Source of the DNA: Candidatus Hadarchaeales archaeon
GTDB lineage: Archaea > Hadarchaeota > Hadarchaeia > Hadarchaeales > Hadarchaeaceae
Direction of reading: 5' to 3'
Assembly (NCBI GenBank): GCA_038823825.1
Contig: JAWBCC010000004.1
Span: forward strand, 1 to 32,000
Length of the DNA: 32,000 nt
In this document: in pieces, positions 6,334 through 13,732 of the stretch
Layout: each line of letters opens with the position of its first letter
Numbering within the stretch: position 1 is the stretch's first letter
Made by a program: the position numbers and the translations under genes
The notes under the pieces: generated by a model
The model's input: the letters and a program-made list of their open reading frames with translations, nothing else
The model's database searches: none
What the model was told of the DNA's origin: nothing

Positions 6334-8933
6334 CCGCAAACATTTTCCAGAAAGTTGAGTGGCCGTATCCGGTTTACAAGTCCTTCATCGTTCCCTACCG
6401 GGAAAACGGCACTCTGTCGGTCAGGAAATTGAGCGAGAAAGATGTCGAGGAATGGGGGAAGACCCTAGAGCTTGCAAAGGACTTCATCACGCGGGCAGTC
6501 AACGCACTGGGGGTGAAGGAAGAGGCGAGGCTCGAACTCGTCGGCGATTTGCTGGTTCTCTTCCTTAAAGTTCCCCTTCTCCGCGAGCCGATCTCGCTTC
6601 TCCCAAGCCCGCTTAAAGCCTATCTCGCTTGGAAGCTCGCGCTCGAATCGAGACTTAAGGAGTTCAGAGACAACCCTATTGAATTCGCCAGTCATCTGTA
6701 CACGATTTACAGGGAGTTCGGGCCGCAGCTCGAGGAATTGTTGAAAATCGTCGAGGAGGCTAGGGAAAAGGTTGAGAGATGCTGGTTCCATCTGCCTGCG
6801 GACACCCGCCCAGTAGCCAACTGTGCGGGTCTCATCCCGCACCTGCTCACGACTTCTGCGCTCTCCTGGGCTCTCGCCATACAGCGGGGTTTGGAAAGGA
6901 GAAAAGCGGCGTTGATCAGGCTTTCGGCTCTCCTCCACGATGTCGGCAAGCCCTTCGCCCCAGAGGAGCATGTCACGCGTTCAGCTGAAATCGCGAGATG
7001 GTTTACCGACTTCTTGGAGCCGGGCGAAAGGGAGGAGATCGTGAAGTTCGTGATGGATCACCACCGGCCCGAAACCAAGGAAGGAGAAATAATTAGGAAG
7101 GCGGACATATTGTCCTCCGCTACAGACCGGATAAGGGGATATCTTCAGGAGATCATCTCGGAAAGGCTTGGAAGACGACCGGAAATCGAGGAGCTTGAGG
7201 GCTGGGATTTCTGGGTAGAGCTCGAAAAAAATTCTCCTGGCTCCATAAGGTCGCTCAGCGAGGAATTCGTCGAGAAGGTTCGGAGGGATACAGGGGAGGG
7301 GGAAAATCTTTTCGTCAGAACCCTCCCGCTCCCACCCGATTACAAATACGCCCCGGTGGGGGAGATCGGGTTTGGATGCGTCGATTTGGGAGGGATCCAG
7401 AGATTTATCCGAACCCCAACCGAGCTGAAGGCGGTCGCGGCCGCCAGCTACGTGATCGAAACGGCGGTTTTGGTTCACATTCCAGCCTTCATCCAGCGAG
7501 AGCTTAAAGAGCTTGAGCAGGTCTGGTTCCCGATGGAGGCGTTCCTGTATTCCGGCGGGGGCAACCTGTATTTCGTCTTCCCGAAGAAACTGGAGGGAAA
7601 GATCAAGAAGGCTGTCGAGAAGTACACCAGTGTTCTTGCAAAAAACAAAATTTCCCTTGAGCTCAGAATGGCAGCTACCCCGTTTACAGCTTTCTTCCCG
7701 GATCTGCTCAAACATATGGCGGGGGAGATGGGCCTCCAGAAGATCTCCCCGCCTAAAGAGACGCAGGTGGAGAGGGGCGATGTGAAAAAGTGCAAGTGCT
7801 GCTTTACAAGGATTGCGGAGGTCGGAGACTACTGTAAGGTTTGCAACCAGTTAATAGATCTCGGGGGCAACTTTCATTTCAGAGCAAGGTGGGAAACGGA
7901 GATCTCGCTCCTGGAAAGAAAATCGCCCGCCCAGATTTTCGGCAGCTGGGAGGACGCTTCAGCCAGACTGATGGAAATTATCGCCGGTCACAATCTGGAG
8001 GAGATTCGAAGGGGTGTTGAGCAGAGAAACTATGCCGTTCTGAAGGTGGATGGGGTCTGCATGGGAGCTTTCATGGCCTCAGCCATCTCCATAACAGACG
8101 CCTGCGAGAGGAGCGCGAGAATAGACATCTCCCTCAAGAAGGCCTTTGAGGATTCTGCCCGCGAGCTTTACACTGCCCTGCGCGAGAAGGATGAGGAAGA
8201 AGCGAGAAAGTCCATCGCGAGACTGGAACTCGGACTGCTGTACATGGGAGGGGACGACTCCCTCGCGCTGATGAGCTCCTGGTACGCACCCATCTTCACC
8301 CATTCGCTCGTCTCCAGGTTCAGGACTTATATGGGGGAGGTCAGGGGACTTTCGGCTGGGCTGGCGGCGGGGGGTGCGAAGACGCCGGTCTGGTCCCTGA
8401 TAGATGCTGCAGATGAGCTGGAAAGAGAAGCGAAGAGCAGGACGAGGGAAATGGTGAGTCAAGGGGCCATTTGCTACGATATTTGCGAGGTTCCTCTCTC
8501 CTCCACCGCCGTCCGTCACCGGAGAAAAGAGCTGGAAGAGAGGAAGATGACTCTTCAGCCCTTCGTGGTTGAAAATGGAGGGAGGCTGGGCGAGATCCTT
8601 CAAAAGCTTTCCGGTGGGAGCTCGCGCGGAGACTGGTACAGGTGGGCACTGGAAACCTCGAGGGAAGAAGATAATGATGCTAAGAAGCTTGCGAAAAGAG
8701 TTAGGGCTTGCATCAAGGAGGCTGTTGGGGCTGCAAAGGGAATTCTGGGTGAGGAGGCGGACAAAGAGCTGCTGAACGAGATTTCAAAACTCTACATGAG
8801 AAGACAGCAGGTTAGGTTGGAAAAGAGAGAGGAATGGAGGGTGGCTGTGGATGCGTGCGCGGAGGGGTGGGGAAAGGTGGCTTTCGGCGACATTGAATTG
8901 CTGATCAAATTTGCACTGGGGGGAATTACGTGA
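6330..8933 (+). CDS. cas10: Cas10, type III CRISPR polymerase/cyclase and HD nuclease subunit
   Basis: HD motif 'LSALLHDVGKPFAPEEH' (HD codons 6936-6941), zinc finger 'CKCCFTRIAEVGDYCKVC', palm 'LLYMGGDDSLALM' (GGDD codons 8247-8258); 867 aa; ATGA coupling at both ends. Confidence 0.95.
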   Translation: MTANIFQKVEWPYPVYKSFIVPYRENGTLSVRKLSEKDVEEWGKTLELAKDFITRAVNALGVKEEARLELVGDLLVLFLKVPLLREPISLLPSPLKAYLAWKLALESRLKEFRDNPIEFASHLYTIYREFGPQLEELLKIVEEAREKVERCWFHLPADTRPVANCAGLIPHLLTTSALSWALAIQRGLERRKAALIRLSALLHDVGKPFAPEEHVTRSAEIARWFTDFLEPGEREEIVKFVMDHHRPETKEGEIIRKADILSSATDRIRGYLQEIISERLGRRPEIEELEGWDFWVELEKNSPGSIRSLSEEFVEKVRRDTGEGENLFVRTLPLPPDYKYAPVGEIGFGCVDLGGIQRFIRTPTELKAVAAASYVIETAVLVHIPAFIQRELKELEQVWFPMEAFLYSGGGNLYFVFPKKLEGKIKKAVEKYTSVLAKNKISLELRMAATPFTAFFPDLLKHMAGEMGLQKISPPKETQVERGDVKKCKCCFTRIAEVGDYCKVCNQLIDLGGNFHFRARWETEISLLERKSPAQIFGSWEDASARLMEIIAGHNLEEIRRGVEQRNYAVLKVDGVCMGAFMASAISITDACERSARIDISLKKAFEDSARELYTALREKDEEEARKSIARLELGLLYMGGDDSLALMSSWYAPIFTHSLVSRFRTYMGEVRGLSAGLAAGGAKTPVWSLIDAADELEREAKSRTREMVSQGAICYDICEVPLSSTAVRHRRKELEERKMTLQPFVVENGGRLGEILQKLSGGSSRGDWYRWALETSREEDNDAKKLAKRVRACIKEAVGAAKGILGEEADKELLNEISKLYMRRQQVRLEKREEWRVAVDACAEGWGKVAFGDIELLIKFALGGIT

Positions 8934-9544
8934 TAGAGTTTGAGGTCGAGGTCAGACCTGTCGGGCTCTTCACGGTTGGTGGGGGGACGGTCGAGGTCTT
9001 CGGGCCAGACGTTCCCTTCATAAAGGAGAGGGGAAAGATTTTCATTCCAGGTTCGACCTTCAAGGGTCTACTGAGGTCGGCTGCATCAAGAGTAGCTGAA
9101 ACGTACGGGTTTTCCTCGTGTGGCAACATAAGGCCAGAGGAACTCTGCGGATCCTGCGACGTCTGTAAACTTTTCGGATCCATAAGATCGCAGGGAAAAC
9201 TCATCGTAGGGAATTTGGAGGCTGTCGAAGGATATGAACTCCTCTGGTTCACGAGGGTCAGGATTAACGACAAAAGCAACAAGGCCGAGGAAGGGGGACT
9301 CTTCACCCAGGAGCACTCATATGGAGGGAGCTTCAGGGGGATGATAAGGGTCATGGAGGATGGGGCCGAGCTTCTGGGACTCCTGCTCCTCGCACTTGCG
9401 GAACTCAGAACGGGGAGGGCGGGAAGAAGATCCCTCCTCGACCTGAAGATAGGCAAGACAGCCGGGCTTCAGGGGAAAGTGGAGGGAAGATGGCTCAAAC
9501 TTGTGAATGAACTCGAGAAATTTTTGTGGGAGGGGAAAATATGA
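8930..9544 (+). CDS. Cas7-like RAMP
   Basis: 'TVEVFGPDVPFIKERGKIFIPGSTFKGLLRSAASRVAE', 'CGSCDVCKLFGSI', 'RTGRAGRRSLLDLKIG'; GTG start overlapping the cas10 stop. Confidence 0.8.
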   Translation: MIEFEVEVRPVGLFTVGGGTVEVFGPDVPFIKERGKIFIPGSTFKGLLRSAASRVAETYGFSSCGNIRPEELCGSCDVCKLFGSIRSQGKLIVGNLEAVEGYELLWFTRVRINDKSNKAEEGGLFTQEHSYGGSFRGMIRVMEDGAELLGLLLLALAELRTGRAGRRSLLDLKIGKTAGLQGKVEGRWLKLVNELEKFLWEGKI

Positions 9545-10614
9545 AGTTCTACGAGGTCCGGATTGAGCTTAGATCTCCGGCAATCATAACCTCCCGCAGG
9601 ACCGAGCACGGATTTAAGTCAGCTCTCGAGTTTATACCCGGAACAACCTTGAGGGGGGCAATTCTATCCTCCCTTTACTATCACGATAAAATCTCAAGGA
9701 ACGAGCTCGAAAGAGAGGCGAATGAACCCTCCCTCATCTGCACGCCTGCCTATCCACTCGTCGACGGGCAGCAAAGCTGGCCTGCCCATCCCTTCTTCTT
9801 TAAGTGTAAACTATGCAAACCGGAGAAGAATTCTTACGAGAATCGGGGAAGGGAGGCTCGCATAAAGATTGAGAAGGGGGAAGAACCAACCATTCCGACA
9901 AGCTGCAGATATGGTCATGTGAGCCTCGAAAGCCTGCATCCGGGACCAGTTCTTCCAAACGGTAAGAGAGTGAGAGTCAGTTTTACCTCTTCCGTGTGTG
10001 CTGGTGTAAACAAGGACAGGGGCTCGGTTGAGGGGGGCATGCTCTACGAGTACGATGCGCTTGAAAGCGGGCAAATGTTCTGGGCCTATCTCGCCACCCC
10101 GTACGAAATCCCTAATCCACTGGAAATCTGGATCGGAAGAGGGGTGACGAGAGGATTCGGGGAGGCCCGGCTGAGTCTATGGGAGCTGGACATGAAAAAG
10201 CTCGAAGAAGACTGCAGAAAGGCTTCCACCGATGGGATTCTTGTGTTGTATGCTCTCTCCCCCCTTCTGGGAGGCGGACAGAGAGCTACCCCTTTCCCGA
10301 CCGTGATTGAGCTAGGACCGATAGGAAATAGAATCGGTAGCCCTGCTGAGGGTTCCCTTCGGATAGAAAAAGTTTATGGAAGAGCTGGGCCATACGAGGC
10401 GGGATGGGACATGCTCAGGGGGAGGAGCAGGCCGACCTTTTACGGTGTGTGTTATCCGGGGAGCATCCTGAGGGCAAGAGTGGTTGGGAATGTGAGTTGG
10501 GAGGCCATTGCCTCTTTGGGAATCCTGGGAACCGTGGAGAAATGGGGGGACGAGACATCGTGCTGCGTGAACCAGCTCCTCCCGCTGGCGGGGCATCCGG
10601 TGGAGGGAACATGA
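9541..10614 (+). CDS. csx10: Csx10-like Cas5 RAMP (type III-D)
   Basis: ATG at 9541 overlaps the upstream stop. 'YEVRIELRSPAIITSRRTEHGFKSALEFIPGTTLRGAILSSLYY', 'FFKCKLC', 'WIGRGVTRGFGEARLSL'. Confidence 0.65.
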   Translation: MKFYEVRIELRSPAIITSRRTEHGFKSALEFIPGTTLRGAILSSLYYHDKISRNELEREANEPSLICTPAYPLVDGQQSWPAHPFFFKCKLCKPEKNSYENRGREARIKIEKGEEPTIPTSCRYGHVSLESLHPGPVLPNGKRVRVSFTSSVCAGVNKDRGSVEGGMLYEYDALESGQMFWAYLATPYEIPNPLEIWIGRGVTRGFGEARLSLWELDMKKLEEDCRKASTDGILVLYALSPLLGGGQRATPFPTVIELGPIGNRIGSPAEGSLRIEKVYGRAGPYEAGWDMLRGRSRPTFYGVCYPGSILRARVVGNVSWEAIASLGILGTVEKWGDETSCCVNQLLPLAGHPVEGT

Positions 10615-11489
10615 GCCATCTATTGCCGTTGAAAAATAGAGTGATTGGGAGGCTGGAGTTTGAAGGTAGATCGCTCTTGCATATTGGGACCGGGGGAGAG
10701 GAGGTCAGAAGGGAAATCCTTAAAATCGGGGAGAAAGTCCTGATTCCTGCATCTTCCGTCAAGGGTGCCCTCCGAAAGCTAGTTGAGCAGGTTGCGAGGA
10801 CCATAGAAGTTGTGGACTTTCCAGATGTGTTCAGGATAGGGGAAGGGAAGCTTGAGTGCAAGGAGAGAACCGATGAGGCAATCCAATGGTTACTGCAACA
10901 AAGGGGGATCCTCTCCTTGCTACGCTCGCTTGGCTTAGAGGATGAGCTAGAAAGGCTGCAAGTAAAAAGTGAAGAGGATTGGGAGAAGCTTAAACCACTG
11001 CCAGAAAAGCGTGAAACATTAAAGAAGATTGCGGAGGAGTACGCGACGGTAAGACATCCCCTGTATAGGCTTATGGGAGGGCAGAAAATCGCCTCGAAGC
11101 TAAGATTTCTAGATATTCCCTTAGAAGCAAGCATCCAAGAGAAAGCTGGAGTTGGGATCGACAGAAAGAGCGGGAGGGCGAGCGAGCACCACCTATACTT
11201 CTTGGAATCCTTGAAGCCTTCGAGGGTGAGCATATGGTTTATAGCCGACAATCTCCAGCCTGCCAGCTTGGAGGCCAAACTGCTCGCAGGGACTCTTAGT
11301 TTGATTAAGTCGGTGGGGCTTTCGCTTGGAGCGAGGAAGAGCGTAGGGATGGGTGAGTTAGAGCTGAAGGATGGCGAATTTTGGATTGCCGACCTGGAGA
11401 GAGATGATGGGACAAAGCTGGCTAATCCCTTCACTGGAGAGAGGCTGGACTTGGACAGTTTTATAAATTGGCTGAATCCTGGTACGTGA
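10611..11489 (+). CDS. Cas7-like RAMP (probable terminal subunit, no upstream catalytic Asp)
   Basis: ATG at 10611 overlaps the upstream stop as ATGA (the track start of 10404 is too long). 'LLHIGTGGEEVRREILKIGEKVLIPASSVKGALRKLVEQVA', 'SVGLSLGARKSVGMGELELK'. Confidence 0.75.
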   Translation: MSHLLPLKNRVIGRLEFEGRSLLHIGTGGEEVRREILKIGEKVLIPASSVKGALRKLVEQVARTIEVVDFPDVFRIGEGKLECKERTDEAIQWLLQQRGILSLLRSLGLEDELERLQVKSEEDWEKLKPLPEKRETLKKIAEEYATVRHPLYRLMGGQKIASKLRFLDIPLEASIQEKAGVGIDRKSGRASEHHLYFLESLKPSRVSIWFIADNLQPASLEAKLLAGTLSLIKSVGLSLGARKSVGMGELELKDGEFWIADLERDDGTKLANPFTGERLDLDSFINWLNPGT

Positions 11490-11528
11490 TTTTCGGGGAT
11501 TTAAGCGGGAATTCTTCGGGGCCTCTGA

Positions 11529-11909
11529 GGAAGCTGGTCGGGAGCTAAAGGGGCATCGAAGGAGCTCATAAAGGAGAAACTTAGGGCTCAGGAAGCAAAG
11601 GATATGCGGTTTGAGAGCAACGGTGAATCGGTTGAGGTACGTAGGATCATGAAGAAATATCTGTATAAACTTTGGGAGAGGCTAGGGAAAAGTTTCAGCC
11701 ACCTTGCGATGAAGATTGGGTGAAGGAGGTATATTTGTCGAAAAATTGGTACGACTTTCTATGCGCCTAAAGACAAGGAAATTTGGGTGAACTTAATCGC
11801 TGAACAAATCAAGTCAATTTCGCTCTTCTCTTGGGTGGTGTTTCACAGCCACTGCGGCGAGGTACTACTGTATTTTCAACACTACATCTCCCTTCTCCAT
11901 CCCGAATAA
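11529..11909 (+). pseudogene. Stop-interrupted CDS of unknown family
   Basis: One reading frame: GSWSGAKGASKELIKEKLRAQEAKDMRFESNGESVEVRRIMKKYLYKLWERLGKSFSHLAMKIG*RRYICRKIGTTFYAPKDKEIWVNLIAEQIKSISLFSWVVFHSHCGEVLLYFQHYISLLHPE*, interrupted only by TGA at 11721-11723. Confidence 0.4.
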
Positions 11910-12311
11910 CTCGAGTTGAAAGACGTTGCCATGGCGAGCACGGTCGAAAAGATTTTGAGCAAGAGGTTGGAACGAATTCCCATTTTTCGAGCTACAAGTA
12001 GGGGAAACCCTTATGGAGCTGCGTGAGGGGTTTGAGAGAAGAGAGAGCAAGAAGGGACGGTGAAAATCGTCGGAAGGGAAGAAATGATACCAAGGTTTCG
12101 GAGATTTCTGGCCTTCGAAAGAGTTAGAAAAGGACCCTTTTTGATAAGGTTGCGAGCCTCATGAATAAAATGAGTCGGAAACTTCAGCCAGTGAATGGAT
12201 TGGGCGAGAAATAAGGAAATCCTGAGCGAGTTGTAACTATACTCGATCCTCTCGCTCTTCACGAAGTAATACTCGACCTCTACAAGCCCCTCTTCGAGGT
12301 TATGGCCTTCC

Positions 12312-12348
12312 CCTCCGAAAAGTCTCCTTCAGGGGCATCCTACTAAAC
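12312..12348 (-). repeat. Degenerate terminal CRISPR repeat at the leader-distal end
   Basis: cctccgaaaagtctccTTCAGGGGCATcctACTaaAAC-type match: 'TCAGGGGCAT' is identical and the outer parts are diverged. It lies exactly one spacer length (12349-12386, 38 nt) before the first perfect repeat. Confidence 0.6.
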
Positions 12349-12386
12349 TTAGCACAATCTCCTCCGCTTGGATATCCGTATTGGGA

Positions 12387-13449
12387 CTTTCAATCCCCAT
12401 TTTCAGGGGCATTTCACTGCAACTTTGGGACAAGAAGCGAAAATTTTCTTCCACCTGAACGCTTTCAATCCCCATTTTCAGGGGCATTTCACTGCAACAT
12501 TTACTGAAGTGTTAAGTTCTTTAGGTTATAAAATCTTTCAATCCCCATTTTCAGGGGCATTTCACTGCAACAACAGGGAAATTGAGGGATGACATTTATC
12601 TCTACGTCTTTCAATCCCCATTTTCAGGGGCATTTCACTGCAACCGTTAAGTCAAACGCAAACGCAACGGTCCCGCTAACGCTTTCAATCCCCATTTTCA
12701 GGGGCATTTCACTGCAACTTTGATACCAACAAGATGAGATATGCGACTATTGTGGTCTTTCAATCCCCATTTTCAGGGGCATTTCACTGCAACAATTATT
12801 ACTTCACCGCCAGCTCCTCCGTCGATGTGCTTTCAATCCCCATTTTCAGGGGCATTTCACTGCAACTTTCTATGACAATATGAACACTTTGCGAGAAAAC
12901 AGCTTTCAATCCCCATTTTCAGGGGCATTTCACTGCAACATTACCTCCGCACGCGCAGGATAGTATATAACTATATTACTTTCAATCCCCATTTTCAGGG
13001 GCATTTCACTGCAACTCACAAAACTCTCTCCTATGATAGCCTGTTATTTTATCTTTCAATCCCCATTTTCAGGGGCATTTCACTGCAATTGAAATACTAA
13101 ACAGAATACCTTTCAAAATCAAGCTTTCAATCCCCATTTTCAGGGGCATTTCACTGCAACGCGTTCGAAGGGAATAACGTCGGCAGGAATAGTTTCCTTT
13201 CAATCCCCATTTTCAGGGGCATTTCACTGCAACAATCGTGAGAGCAAAAGAAGGACTTCAAATTAGTTCCTTTCAATCCCCATTTTCAGGGGCATTTCAC
13301 TGCAACTTAAAGAGGATAGAAGCAGAGCTTTTGGAATTAAGCTTTCAATCCCCATTTTCAGGGGCATTTCACTGCAACAAGATGCTCTCGGAGATTGCAA
13401 AAGCTTAAATATCTTTCAATCCCCATTTTCAGGGGCATTTCACTGCAAC
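12387..13449 (-). CRISPR. CRISPR array, 15 repeats of 37 nt and 14 spacers of 34-39 nt
   Basis: Plus-strand repeat CTTTCAATCCCCATTTTCAGGGGCATTTCACTGCAAC starting at 12387, 12462, 12535, 12608, 12682, 12757, 12830, 12903, 12979, 13053, 13124, 13197, 13270, 13342 and 13413. The reverse complement ends in ATTGAAAG, the usual 3' end of archaeal repeats, so minus-strand transcription is inferred. The repeat at 13053 ends in T instead of C. Confidence 0.98.
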
Positions 13450-13577
13450 CCCCGCTCTTCTTTTCATGTTTGGCCGGCTTTCCTTAAAAATCTATGTGAA
13501 GACTTTTTGAACTTCGATTTTTGCATAGGGGGTTTATAAAGAAGTTCACAAAGTTTCGCCTTTTACCGAAAGCCTAG
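13450..13577 (-). promoter_or_regulatory. Presumed CRISPR leader/promoter region
   Basis: Non-coding, mostly AT-rich 128 bp between the array and tRNA-Phe, on the side opposite the degenerate terminal repeat; contains 'tttataaa'. Confidence 0.45.
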
Positions 13578-13651
13578 TGCGGAGGGGGGGATTTGAACCC
13601 CCGACATTCGGATCTTCAGTCCGACGCTCTCCCAGGCTGAGCTACCTCCGC
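13578..13651 (-). tRNA. tRNA-Phe (anticodon GAA)
   Basis: GCGGAGGTAGCTCAGCCTGGGAGAGCGTCGGACTGAAGATCCGAATGTCGGGGGTTCAAATCCCCCCCTCCGCA folds as a cloverleaf: 7-bp acceptor GCGGAGG/CCTCCGC, TTCAAAT loop, anticodon loop CTGAAGA. Confidence 0.95.
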
Positions 13652-13732
13652 CAATTTCTTTTCATGCACCATTGCTTAAAATTCTGATGGAAAAAGCTTT
13701 TAGGGAAAGCAATAGATCAAAACACGAAAAAA

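Noticed and set aside
6981-7715. Long antisense ORF (244 aa) within cas10, and similar ones at 5592-6287, 6465-6971 and 8079-8603
   Set aside because: Composition-driven shadow ORFs of GC-rich coding sequence; no recognisable motifs and the sense frames have clear Cas families.
10415-11434. Antisense ORF of 339 aa over the last RAMP gene
   Set aside because: Low-complexity Ser/Pro-rich translation; the sense strand encodes a clear Cas7-like protein.
12368-12592. 74-aa ORF containing repeated 'FNPHFQGHFTAT'
   Set aside because: Direct translation of CRISPR repeats, not a protein.
1-13651. Novel non-CRISPR defence system hidden in the left region
   Set aside because: Every intact ORF there fits a type III CRISPR role; only decayed or unknown fragments remain unexplained.
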